From: Histomonas meleagridis 2922-C6/04-290x
Taxonomy: Eukaryota; Protista; Parabasalia
Assembly: GCA_020184695.1 (NCBI GenBank)
Contig: JAANOX010000191.1
Location: 62,001 to 126,000 of the forward strand
Direction of reading: 5' to 3'
DNA length: 64,000 nt
Under the pieces are notes generated by a model, which searched no databases, was not told the DNA's origin, and saw only the letters and a program-made list of their open reading frames with translations. Positions 44,949-56,984 of the stretch are shown piece after piece; position 1 is the stretch's first letter; each line of letters starts with the position of its first letter. Both the position numbers and the translations under genes were made by a program.

Positions 44949-45276
44949 AAATGTGGGGAATAATAATCAAATACTAAAAGATAAAACATTTCGATTTTTT
45001 TTTTTTTTTTTTTAAAAAAAGAAAACTATTTAAATGAGGACATTTATTTATTTGATTAAAAATGTTAAAATTTTTTTAATGAAAATGTATTTTACTAAAA
45101 AACGCAGATTAAAACCATCGATATCAGAAAAATCCATTCAATTTTTTCATAAATTCGTTTGAATTGACGTCATTTCATTTTGAATACAAAAAGATGATAT
45201 CAAAAAATTGAGACCTGTGTATTATGGGAATTGAGAAGTTTACATTTATAAACAAACAAGGTGGAAACAAATTGAG

Positions 45277-48200
45277 ATGGCTACAACCCTTCTTGAGGCA
45301 TATGATGAATTAAAAAATGAAACATCTCTCAAGCAAATTCCAAAGGAACATAAAGAAATGATTCGTTGTCTCTTACCTGAACATTATGATATGAATAACT
45401 CTTGGGCTAAGGCTACTTTCACTCAAAATCCAATGAAATATCATTACCAAATATCTAGAAATACACCGGAAATAAATATAAAGCCAGTAACTAATGAAAT
45501 TCATCCAGATGAAAGTGAAAAGAATTTTCAAATGAAAATTGACCCTGAAAAAGTAGAATTATACTTCACAAGAATCACTGACCCAAAGCCAAGCAAACCA
45601 ATTGCGCCTATTTCTTCTGTTTTCCAACCTTCAGTTGATGTAAATCTTAAACTTGATCAATATTCACAAAAGGCTCAAAAACCACTTTGGCGCTTCGAAT
45701 CATTTTCTATTTCGGACTTTTCAATAAATGTACCAGAACTTAACGAACCAATTGGTGGATACATTCAATTATACAATTTAAAAAATCCTCAACCCATAAG
45801 TGAACCACTATTTTTCGAAGTAGTAACTGATGGTAAGTGTGCTTTTGGTCAAACTCTTGTACAAATTGTTCATATGATTTTAATTCGAAATCAAAATATT
45901 GGTCTTGCATGTTTTCTCCAAAAGATTCGTAAGACACTACGAATTCCATTTGCTATAGCACTAATGCCTCTTTTTGATAGTAAGAATGAATTTATTGCAT
46001 CATCCTCATTTGAAACTTCAGATCATTCTTGGGCAACTATAACCACATCTGATGTTTATACTGCTATTAATGGCATTATCAATAATAATGCTAATGGATA
46101 CATTCAAGTTCGTTCTAACATCAAAATCTCTATATCAGAAATACCAGAGACAGGCTTTAGTTATACATGGAGTGAAGGCAAGAATGAGAATCTAATCTCT
46201 ATGCCACTTCATCCACCACCATATTTCCCATCGCCGATCATAACCGTCAGCAATTTTCACCTCACTTTTGCCAAACCTCCAAAGAAATGTTATTTACTTA
46301 TAAAATTTTTCTTACAACATGAGCAAATTAAAATCGACAAATCTCTTGAAGGGAAGATTGGTTTTATATCATCTAATTTAAAATTACAAAGTTCATATAC
46401 ATCATCAGCGATGTTATCAGGGAATGAAATTACATTTCCAGACACAATACGTATCTTTGCAAACAAACAATTTACACCTAATTCACATATAATCTTTGCA
46501 GTATATACAATCAGTTTTGATAAAGAAGATTCGCCAATGATTTTATATAAAACTGGAATAATACCATTAAATTCAACAACACAACGTGAACAAAAGTATG
46601 GACTATGTAATCCAAAGAACATCTCCAAAGATTATTTAACACATTTAAAAGCGCCAAAGAAAACATTTTATTCATGTCATGTATTTTTACCATCAGCTTT
46701 ATTTTTACCTGAGAAACTTATGAAGTTATCAACGTTACAAACAGAAGACACTGAAAACATAACAAAAGTAATATTAGAAATACCAAATGAAGTTCGATAT
46801 CAACAATTAATACCAATTTTTACAAAAGTATTATCAACATTATCATATAAATCATATGTATATTTAATTAACTTCATTTATGAAGTAGGTAATCAACAAA
46901 CTAATGAACAAATTTCAGATGTATTATGTAATTGGATAAAAACTATTTGTGATCCTAATTTATTAGGTAATAATATTCATTTAATAGAAGCAATTTGTTT
47001 TTGTTTTACACAATCTGTTAAAACTATAAAAAGTCGAAATCAATTAATAGAATCTCCATTATCTAAAAAACAACGTGAAGAAATTACAATTAAAAAAGGT
47101 TTACATAAGAAAACAAATTCACATTATTCAGAAACAGAAGAATTCCAATTAACATATGAAAAGATCTTTTATTCATTACATATCTTTTTAGATTTGTTTA
47201 TCATATTATTAAATAATGTATCGAATAATGAACAATTAAAACCAGATATATTAATTAAGTTTTATTTAGAAATTTCAAATTTCATACCAAATTGTGGTAA
47301 TAATATTCTTAAAGTTAAACAAATTGTTTCATCATTTAGTAACTTAATATTCTCATCAATAAATCTCTTTGAAATTAAAGACATATCAAGTGTAATACGT
47401 ACGACAATTAAAAACATACGAATTTGGTCACGTGAATATAATTTATCAATAGCACAAGTCTCGAAAACTTTTTTAACATTTTTAAATCCATTTTCATATT
47501 CATCATTATTAATATTATTATGTACAATGCAAACACAAATATTACAATTAGATGCACCTATTTCACCATTTAATACATTACAATCGCAAATCTTTTCTGC
47601 GTTTACATATATATTAAAGTCAAATGATTTAGAAGCAGTTAAATTAGGATGTGAATTTTTTGCAAGATTATGTCCAATCTTAGAATCATTTTCAGATGAA
47701 ATATCTTCATATATTGCATATTCATTATCTCCATTAATACAAATCATATTAAATGAAATCGATAATCCGATATTAAAAGCGAATCCTTCAATACAAATGA
47801 ATTTAGTACCATTTTTATTATATTTAATTAAAAATAATGACTCGAAAATATTGACGAATTTCTTTATAGTTTCATCACAACAACAAACAATTTCATTATT
47901 TGAATCATTAGCTAAAATTGTCATCAACTCTGAAATCGAGACAAAAGAAAATTTATTTAGTTTATTAACAAAAATTATATTCCATTTCTTAACTTGTGTA
48001 TTTGATGTCTTAAAAATTAACTCACAAACTAATGTTGTACATTTAATATCTGTTTTATTAGATCCGATTCAAACTTCGAAGAATTATAAATATTTCGTAA
48101 GTTTCTTAAGTAAATTTATGGAACATCAACATTGTCAACGGAGTTTAATTGAGTTATTATTAGAAAAGATTAATAACAACTTAAACTCAACACGTTGTAT

Positions 48201-49932
48201 GGCCACTTCATTAATCTTTTATCAATTCATATGTGACTTTAAACAAAATGGTTCAGTTGTATTATCGACATTAGATACATTAGATGCGTTAACATATATA
48301 TTATTAGATGTTAATATTGAACGTATAGTATTATATCAACAATTCTTAGAGATATGTATTGATTTAACAAGTTTAATGGAAAACGTTGACTTTGTTAATC
48401 AATTAAATAATCGATTAGAAGTCGCACAAAAAATTGTATCTGTAGTTGAAGAACAAAAGACATCAATTTATCCGCCGGAAATTAATTGTAAAATGGCAAT
48501 GGAAATTGCTGATCAATATCATAAGTTACCGACAATGAGACTTAAATGGCTTCAAGAATGTTTACGAATTAATGTCGATAACAATGATTATGTATCTGCG
48601 TTCATTACACAAATTCATATCATTGCATTATCATTAAGTGCTTATTCATTCTTAAATCGAAAACTTTTCGATTACCCTAAAATTAAAGTTGATAAAGATA
48701 ACTCAAATCATTTAACAATTGTTCAGCCGAATTTAAACACATTTCCAAAATATATATATCCAAACAAACAATTATATATTGACTTTAGTTTTATGCCTGA
48801 AGTATTACCTGAAGTACAAATCGAATATGAAAATATGGACAAAAATTCGTTAGGCTTATTAAATAAGTTTACCTATAACTTCTTAATTGAAGAATTCGAA
48901 CGTGCTATAGACTATGGAAAAAAGGCAAAGTTATATTACTCATTAAGACCAATTTTATCAATGGAAATGAGACTCGTTAAAATCGCTAATAATAAAGAAC
49001 AACTTTCAAAAGTGTTCGATAACTTAAGTAAAGTATTCGATTTGATTAACGTGTCGAACGTTAAGAAGACGTTAGAGCTTCCACTTTCATTTTATTTAAT
49101 CGAAGAAAGACAATCAAATCAACAAGTTATAAGATCTGTATATTGTATTGGTAATGATAATAATGAAGATGATAATGTTATTAATGAAAATATGAAAAAT
49201 TATTTATCAAAACAAGAACGTTATTTAAACGTACCTATAAATATTTGTAGAAACCATAATTCAAAGAATTGTAATGAACCTGGTATATGTATAATACCTT
49301 TAGAACCTATGGATAATAATGATTGTATTATCGATGGTGAATTTAAACATTGTTGGAACAAATTCAAAACGAAAGCTGATTTGAATGGTTATTTTGACAG
49401 TATTTCAATGGTTTACGTGACAACGGCAAATTATTCACCTCACTATCGAATGTATACTTCAATTAATGATTATCAAGAAAAAATTGTTAAGTTTTCGGAA
49501 TTGGTTAATGATAACATTAATGATTATTGTGATGCTTTAGATGTTGTTTGTAAAGAAGTTGAAGATTGGTTCGAATATAATAATTTCGATGATAAAGATT
49601 TAAAGGCCGATGAATTGTTTGGTCCGGATGCACATAAACTTGTTAAAGTTGTTAGCGGTACTTTGGAAGGGGCGAAAAGGATTTTGAATTTGTTGAGAAA
49701 TAATGAGAATGAGTTAACTCTGAGTTTAGCGAGTAAAATGAGAGAGAAATATGTGAAGGCAATGCAAATGATGTTCTGCTGTAAGTTGTCATTGCCGAAT
49801 CACGATAAGTTCGAACAGTCTGTGAATGTGTGTTTTAAGAATGTGAATGATTTCTTGGAACAATACGGATTGAGTAAAGTCACAGACGAACCTTATCAGG
49901 GTAAAAGTGATAGAGCTAATAACTTCTTCTAA
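45277..49932 (+). CDS. DOCK-family Rho GEF-like protein (C2/DHR-1 and divergent DHR-2)
   Basis: FPDTIRIFANKQFTPNSHIIFAVYTIS (DHR-1-like); IADQYHKLPTMRLKWLQECLRINVDNNDYVSA (DHR-2 lobe A-like). Confidence 0.75.
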   Translation: MATTLLEAYDELKNETSLKQIPKEHKEMIRCLLPEHYDMNNSWAKATFTQNPMKYHYQISRNTPEINIKPVTNEIHPDESEKNFQMKIDPEKVELYFTRITDPKPSKPIAPISSVFQPSVDVNLKLDQYSQKAQKPLWRFESFSISDFSINVPELNEPIGGYIQLYNLKNPQPISEPLFFEVVTDGKCAFGQTLVQIVHMILIRNQNIGLACFLQKIRKTLRIPFAIALMPLFDSKNEFIASSSFETSDHSWATITTSDVYTAINGIINNNANGYIQVRSNIKISISEIPETGFSYTWSEGKNENLISMPLHPPPYFPSPIITVSNFHLTFAKPPKKCYLLIKFFLQHEQIKIDKSLEGKIGFISSNLKLQSSYTSSAMLSGNEITFPDTIRIFANKQFTPNSHIIFAVYTISFDKEDSPMILYKTGIIPLNSTTQREQKYGLCNPKNISKDYLTHLKAPKKTFYSCHVFLPSALFLPEKLMKLSTLQTEDTENITKVILEIPNEVRYQQLIPIFTKVLSTLSYKSYVYLINFIYEVGNQQTNEQISDVLCNWIKTICDPNLLGNNIHLIEAICFCFTQSVKTIKSRNQLIESPLSKKQREEITIKKGLHKKTNSHYSETEEFQLTYEKIFYSLHIFLDLFIILLNNVSNNEQLKPDILIKFYLEISNFIPNCGNNILKVKQIVSSFSNLIFSSINLFEIKDISSVIRTTIKNIRIWSREYNLSIAQVSKTFLTFLNPFSYSSLLILLCTMQTQILQLDAPISPFNTLQSQIFSAFTYILKSNDLEAVKLGCEFFARLCPILESFSDEISSYIAYSLSPLIQIILNEIDNPILKANPSIQMNLVPFLLYLIKNNDSKILTNFFIVSSQQQTISLFESLAKIVINSEIETKENLFSLLTKIIFHFLTCVFDVLKINSQTNVVHLISVLLDPIQTSKNYKYFVSFLSKFMEHQHCQRSLIELLLEKINNNLNSTRCMATSLIFYQFICDFKQNGSVVLSTLDTLDALTYILLDVNIERIVLYQQFLEICIDLTSLMENVDFVNQLNNRLEVAQKIVSVVEEQKTSIYPPEINCKMAMEIADQYHKLPTMRLKWLQECLRINVDNNDYVSAFITQIHIIALSLSAYSFLNRKLFDYPKIKVDKDNSNHLTIVQPNLNTFPKYIYPNKQLYIDFSFMPEVLPEVQIEYENMDKNSLGLLNKFTYNFLIEEFERAIDYGKKAKLYYSLRPILSMEMRLVKIANNKEQLSKVFDNLSKVFDLINVSNVKKTLELPLSFYLIEERQSNQQVIRSVYCIGNDNNEDDNVINENMKNYLSKQERYLNVPINICRNHNSKNCNEPGICIIPLEPMDNNDCIIDGEFKHCWNKFKTKADLNGYFDSISMVYVTTANYSPHYRMYTSINDYQEKIVKFSELVNDNINDYCDALDVVCKEVEDWFEYNNFDDKDLKADELFGPDAHKLVKVVSGTLEGAKRILNLLRNNENELTLSLASKMREKYVKAMQMMFCCKLSLPNHDKFEQSVNVCFKNVNDFLEQYGLSKVTDEPYQGKSDRANNFF

Positions 49933-50084
49933 ATAAAAGAAAATTTAAAATAATTTTTGTTAATTGTATATTTGTGCGAATATGATATTATGTCATCGTA
50001 CTTGATGATTAAACATTAAGATGATCGATTTAGGGGCACTACAAATTTACAATGCAATTTTGAAATGATAACATGTTATAAGTA

Positions 50085-51361
50085 TAGGGGGTGGAAAAAG
50101 TCTTTGCGTGCGAATTTTTTTATTCAAAATAATTAAGTAAATATTTTTTTAATTATTGCTAATTAATGTACTCCCCTTGGTTTTCAATTACCATGAAAAG
50201 TCGGTTCATCCATTCATTATACACGGATTTAAATATATCTTTTGGTATATTGTATAGCAATTCAGTCACTTTTTCCAAAAGTTCATTTTCATTCTGAAAT
50301 TCACATCCTTCTAGTAACTTTTTAACATACCCAAAGAGAAAAAAGTCCGAAGAAGCTAGATCCGGTTCGTACGGAGGATGATCAAGTCTTTTTATGCCTA
50401 AATCATTGAATTTTTGAGCAACCAAATGTGGTCTTGCATTATGTAAATGTAAAAAGTATCCTTTTGTTTTGATTTTTTGAGCTAAATCTTCAAGAACAAC
50501 TTCCGCAAAAAACTCCCTATTAAATTTTCTATCGAGCGGAAGCATTGTAATTGATTTAATACCTGTTATTCCCCAAATAACAGATATTATTGCTTTTTTC
50601 GCTCCAATAGTTTGTTTGACTTTTTGCGGACAAGGCTGCCTTGATTCTAACCACATTGTATTTCTAGGGTTTACAAAGTATACCCATGTTTCATCTTGTG
50701 TAAGAATCATCCTTATCTTTCGCTCGTTTGCAGTTGTTAAAAATTCTAATAATTCCTTTGCAATATGCACCCTTTTTGCCTTAATTTCTTCAGTAAGTAA
50801 ATGTGGTACCCATTTGAAATTTACCTTCCTCATTTGTAATTTGTTTATTAAAATATTTTTCACAGTTTTTATATCAGCATTTGTAATTTTAGCAATTTTT
50901 TTGGTACTTGCATAAGGGTTTGACGTTAAAAAATTTCTGATTTTTGGCTCTAAATCGGTTCTTTCTGGTCTTCCTTTTCTGGGAAGATCAAAAATCGTAC
51001 ATGTTCCTTCTCGTAACTTTTTTGTTCTATCTTGAATAGTTCTTAATGCGGGTGCATCATTTTTATATACATCAAGCAACTCACTATATATGATAGAATT
51101 ATCTAATCCTTTTTTCCAAAGGGAGTTGATAACTGCGCGGATTTCAACCTGAGTTTCATTCATTGAAAATGTTTAACGTTTTTTCTGACAATCCACTTTT
51201 CTTGTATGAATTTTATTTGAACTAGTAAATAAAATGCCTTAGTTTTATTTTAAAAAATAATTCATTTAGAACATGTACTATTTAATAATATATTTCAATT
51301 TCTTATTAAATAACTTCATTACATAAAAAAAAGCTCGCGCAAAGACTTTTTCCACCTCCTA
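50085..51361 (-). mobile_element. Full-length mariner element (1277 bp) with TA target-site duplication
   Basis: TIRs TAGG(G/A)GGTGGAAAAAGTCTTTGCG at both ends; TA at 50083-84 and 51362-63. Confidence 0.93.
50159..51163 (-). CDS. Mariner transposase, ORF intact but second catalytic Asp replaced by His
   Basis: WVPHLL, QDETWV, LHLHNARPH (expected HxDNARPH), HPPYEPDLASSDFFLF. Confidence 0.9.
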   Translation of the reverse strand: MNETQVEIRAVINSLWKKGLDNSIIYSELLDVYKNDAPALRTIQDRTKKLREGTCTIFDLPRKGRPERTDLEPKIRNFLTSNPYASTKKIAKITNADIKTVKNILINKLQMRKVNFKWVPHLLTEEIKAKRVHIAKELLEFLTTANERKIRMILTQDETWVYFVNPRNTMWLESRQPCPQKVKQTIGAKKAIISVIWGITGIKSITMLPLDRKFNREFFAEVVLEDLAQKIKTKGYFLHLHNARPHLVAQKFNDLGIKRLDHPPYEPDLASSDFFLFGYVKKLLEGCEFQNENELLEKVTELLYNIPKDIFKSVYNEWMNRLFMVIENQGEYIN

Positions 51362-51419
51362 TATTTTTCACACTACTTTCTTATTTTCATATAATTATAA
51401 CTGACAATTATTTAAGAAA

Positions 51420-51720
51420 GTTAATCATCAACTAAATAATCTTTTTCAAGCATATATGCTGTTTAAAATATTTTAAATGATTTCCAAATTTCAAATTATT
51501 TGAATAAAACAAATAAATGCTTTTAATATTAATATTAATTCTCTTTTGTTCAAGAAGTAATCTAACGATTTCTATATTATCTTTTTCAGACACAATCATA
51601 AGTATTGTTTTAAATAATGTATACAATTTCCAAATATTATTTTGAACATATCTTAAATATAACAAATAAATATTTATTAATATCAACTCATACATATTCA
51701 AAAAGTAATTTCATTGTTTC
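51420..51720 (-). pseudogene. Degenerate ankyrin cassettes with 66- and 59-nt spacers
   Basis: ...VDIN/NIYL spacer, KTILMIVSEKDNIEIVRLLLEQKRININIK-SIYL spacer, TAYMLEK. Confidence 0.65.
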
Positions 51721-52073
51721 TAAAATTTCTGTTTTTTCCTGTACAAATTTTTGCTTTTTTAATAGGTTTCACATCTTACTCGTTCTGTGATATTTATCAT
51801 TAATGCTTAACATTACATTTCTAATCTGAGGATGCAAAATGTAATAATTTAAAATACAATACCAACAAATCCAAAATCAATTCCCAAAACAAATACTCAA
51901 GAAAACTTTTGAATTATTTTATAAAAATTAAATTATAATTTGTACACACAAAACATAAAAAACAAATACCAACACCAGTATAATTTATTGTAAAATCGTA
52001 TTCCAATTGAACTGGTAAAATTCCTTTTTTAAAATATAAAATAAGTTCCACAAAATCGTCTCGAAGATATCAT

Positions 52074-53620
52074 TTATATCCATTGGTCATCTTCTTCATT
52101 CGCAATTAACGTGTTGAACTCAGTGTTAACTTGTTCAACTTTTGTACATTCTGATGACTGCGAATGTATTTGCGATTTTGTGGGTGAAATTTCACTTTTG
52201 TTGTTTCGAATTATGAAGATAACAAGTCCAATGACGATAAGAACAAATGCGACTGCGCCGCAGACAATGCCAACGATGACTTTCGATGAAAGCGCTTCGT
52301 TTTGTTCAGTGGACTGAAGATATGTCAGAACGAAATAAGTAAAGTCGTAATAATATGTGGTATAAAAACATATTGTGTATTCGTAATAAATAGATTGGGT
52401 GTAATAGTAAGTGTATGTGGAATTGATCACAGTAACGAATATTGTGTGAGACAAAAATGTGTTGTCGACGAGTAATGTCTGGGTAATAGATATATAATTT
52501 GTTATAGAATATGAATATGCGTTACTTTGCGTGTGTGCATTTGATTTAGTGAAAGAATTCGATTTGAAAATTGTATTAGTTCGTGTAAATGTATTCGATT
52601 TAGTGAATGCATTTGACTTCGAATATGTATTACTTTGCGAAAATGATTCTGAATTTGTGAATGTGTGCGTTGCCCACCGATACGGATTACATCCGTCAAT
52701 TGGTGTACCTTTGATTACATTATATGATCCAAACGTATCTCCTTTATATAAATCTGATGTCATAACATTTGTTGTTGATGCTCCATAGAAAATATTCTCG
52801 GCGATGCCTTCTGATGATTCATAACCCAAAAAATAAATACATTTGAGATTTTCACAATTACCAAATGCATATTCACCAATAAATGTTACATTTTCTCCAA
52901 TTATAATTGTACCTAAATTAGAACTATATTCAAATGCATTATTTTCAATTGATGTAACAAAATTTGTTATTGTAATATTAGTTAATGAACATTTAAAAAA
53001 TGAATAACTTCCAATAGTTTTAATTGATTTTGGAATGTCAAATGTTTCATTTTGTTTTCCTGATGGATAACAAATGATCGTAGTAGTTCCTTTATCATAA
53101 AGAATACCTTCTTTATCTTTAAAATATTCATTCCCTTCTAAAACGTGAATATTGTTAAGTGATGTACATTCAGAAAATGCGCGTGATTCAATTGTTGTCA
53201 CTGAATTTGGTATAGTAATATTTATTAATGAACTACACCCATAAAATGCAGATTTTTTAATTATTGTAACTGAATTTGACATTGAAATATTTATTAATGA
53301 AGAACATAAACGAAATGCAGAATCTCCAATTGTTATAACATTGTTTCCAATGATAACTGTGTTCAATTGAGATGATTGAAATGAATTGCTTCCAATCGTA
53401 TTTAAATTATAAAATTCAGCTGAGAATAATGAAGTCCATTCTATAAATTCATTTGCTTCCATATTTTCAATATTACATTGAATAATAAGATGTTCTGTCC
53501 TAGATTTATATGAATCTTTCGTATCATATTCACTCGAATTAGTTATAATAAGAGTTTTATTCGTTTCATTAAATATTTCTTTTGATTGAATAAAAAAAAT
53601 TATAAGTAATATTGGAATGA
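52074..53620 (-). CDS. BspA-like TpLRR surface protein with S/T-rich stalk, TM helix and EEDDQWI tail (start uncertain; frame open to 54104)
   Basis: TIGDSAF/TIESRAF LRR units, (SNxFTK)n stalk, VIVGIVCGAVAFVLIVIGLVIFII TM. Confidence 0.88.
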
Positions 53621-54775
53621 TTTGAGATTTCATTTTCTCTTTTTTATATTTATTATTAAGTGTTTTTAAATATTTCATCATAATAACGATAGTAATAATT
53701 AAAGATAATAAAATTATAAAATGATAATGAAAATAAATATTAATAATATTTTGATAAAAATTTTTTAGTAAAACTTTTGTTAAACTTGTTTTATTTAATG
53801 ATAATGATGTATTATAATATGTTAATATTGATGACAAATTGAATAAAAATTTAAAGACTTGATAATTCTTAAAATTTTGAATAAAAGAAATATAAAAATT
53901 AGAAAGGAATGAAAAATGATTATTTTTAACGTACACGATCTTCATAAAACCATTAAATTTGATATTTGAAAAATTTTTAAGAATCAACAAATTTTGAAAA
54001 TGTTGTAAAAATAATTTTCCAAACATTATTAAATTTTGTGACATTTTTTGAATTTGGAATGGCATTTGAACATGAATAGTCATTAACAGAACACACATTG
54101 GCATTGAAAAAGATTTTGGATTTGAGTGTGGAAAATTTAGCTAACGTTAGGAAAACGTTTTATATTCAATTTTTTTATATCAAAATTGTTTATTCATTTA
54201 TAAAGTTATCAAAAAGCGATTTATGACACATTCGAAATCCGTCGTAAACATTATATGAAAAAGCTTTTTTATATCAATAATTGATTGACAATTTAATTTT
54301 CAATCAATTCGTAAAATAACCTTTTTGCCTCAATCTAAATTTTCTTCGATGCTAGTCTGTCTTCTGTTAATGACTATTCATGTTCAAATACCATCTCAAA
54401 TCCAAAAAATGTCACAAAATTTAATAATGTTTGGGAAATTATTTATACAACATTTCAAAAATTTGTTGATTCTTAAAAATTTTTCAAATATCAAATTTAA
54501 TGGTTTTATGAAGATCGTGTACGTTAAAAATAATCATTTTTCATTCCTTTCTAATTTTTATATTTCTTTTATTCAAAATTTTAAGAATCATCAAGTCTTT
54601 AAATTTTTTTATTCAATTTGTCATCAATATTAACATATTATAATACATCATTATCATTAAATAAAACAAGTTTAACAAAAGTTTTACTAAAAAATTTTTA
54701 TCAAAATATTATTAATATTTATTTTCATTATCATTTTATAATTTTATTATCTTTATTTATTACTGCCGTTATTAT

Positions 54776-56402
54776 GATTAAATATTTAAAAACATTTAAT
54801 AATAAATATAAAAAAGAGAAAATTAAATATCAAATCATTCCAATATTATTTATAATTTTTTTTATTCGATCGAAAGAAATATTTAATGAAACGAATAAAA
54901 CTCTTATTATAACTAATTCAAGTGAATATGAATCAAGAGGTGAATATAAAGAAGAAACAGAACATATTATTATTCAATATAATATTGAAAATATGGAAGC
55001 AAATGAATTTTCAAAATGGACTTCTTTATACTCAGCTGAATTTTATAATATAAATACGATTGGAAATAATTCATTTCAATCATGTTCTAAATTAAAAACA
55101 GTTATCATTGGGAACAATGTTATAACAATTGGAGATTTTGCATTTTGTTTATGTTCTCAATTGAACACAGTTGTTATTGGAAACAATGTTATAACAATTG
55201 GAGATTCTGCATTTAATGGGTGTAGTACATTAATGAATATTACAATACCAAATTCAGTAACAACAATTGGACCACGTGTTTTTTCTGAATGTACATCACT
55301 TAACAATATTCACGTTTTAGAAGGGAATGAATATTTTAAAGATAAAAAAGGTATTCTTTATAATAAAGGAATTACTACGATCATTTGTTATCCATTAGGA
55401 AAACAAAATGAAACATTTTACATTCCAAAATCGATTAAAACTATTGGAAGTTATTCATTTTATAAATGTTCATTAATGAATATTACAATAACAAATTTTG
55501 TTACATCAATTGAAACCAGTGCATTTGAATTTAGTTCTAAATTATATACAATTATAATTGGAGAAAATGTAACATTTATTGGTGATTATGCATTTGGTGG
55601 TTGCACAAATCTCAAATGTATTTATTTTTTGGGTTATGAGTCACCAGACAACATCGCCGAGAATATTTTCTATGGAGCATCAACAACAAATGTTATGACA
55701 TCAGATTTATATAAAGGAGATACGTTTGGATCATATAATGTAATCAAAGGTACACCAATTGACGGATGTAATCCGTATCGGTGGGCAACGCACACATTCA
55801 CAAATTCAGAATCATTTTCGCAAAGTAACACATATTCGAAGTCAAATACATTTACACTAAGAAGTAATACATTTTCTAAATCGAATACATTTATATCTTC
55901 AAAAGGATTTGATGAAACTTATATTATTACATTAATATTTACACAATCAATTACAAATACAATTATTCCGAAAACGCTTATTACTCATACTATCAGTGTT
56001 TTTATAAATAATTCGATATATTCATATACTAAAACTATCATTATTTCATATGAATATACTGTTATTAATTATTTTTCATATATTTCATATTACACAGGAT
56101 TTTATACTGTTTTTTATCAAAATCAAAATAATAACAATCAAGAAAATAAAAATTCTGTTATAATTATTTCTGTTAGTGTAAGTCTTTTAGTAGTTATAAT
56201 TCTTATTGTTCTTATTCTTATAATTCTTCATAAGCATCAACAAATAACACAAAAAGCGAATGAAGAAATTGTCACTAATGAATATCATGAAACTGAAAAC
56301 GAAGAAGCTATAGATAACATTAATCTTCTAAATCTCAGTAAAATCGAAGAAGATCCATTTGCCAACGACTTCAAAGAAAATGAATATATTACAAATATAT
56401 AA
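54776..56402 (+). CDS. BspA-like TpLRR surface protein, inverted paralogue, with TM helix and EEDPFANDF tail (start uncertain)
   Basis: Ectodomain nearly identical to the 52074 gene; different stalk, TM and tail. Confidence 0.88.
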
Positions 56403-56984
56403 TTTTAAAAAATTTATCAAAATGTTTGTCTGGTATTACTTTATTTCGAAACGAAAATTTTACGAATTGTTCTTTATCTTTTCCTAGGAAAGTCGGCCTT
56501 TTAAAAGATGTTTCGTCTTGAAAAAGCATCTTTTTCCTAATACTTTTTTATGGATACGATTAAAACATACTCTGATTTTTATTCAAGCATAGAATAAAAC
56601 CTTTTCCAAAAATGAATTTATAAACTAACATATGCTATTAATAAATGTAACTATTAATATATAATAATTTTTAAAATAATTAGAATTTATAAGAAAAATC
56701 AATACATGTCCTTTTAAAATAAATTTGCGTGTATTATCATCAAAGCAAAGCAGCTAATTACTCATATATTCACCGCCAAACTTTATAAATATTCCGAAGT
56801 GCCAAAAGCTGATTTCGTATCATCACAACTTCCTTATGTTTAACAATATGTTTGCACACATTGACCATAATCTTTGAAATATTTTTTTTCAGTATAATTT
56901 TTATTAAGATTTAATTCAGCTTTCGCATTCTTAATATCAAAATTGCTATTAATTGTTTATTATTTCGCTTATTTCTTATTTAAG

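Noticed and set aside
56478-56540. Small imperfect hairpins (TTCCTAGGAA; AAAAGATG...CATCTTTT)
   Set aside because: Short stems in AT-rich DNA; no snoRNA or tRNA boxes identified.
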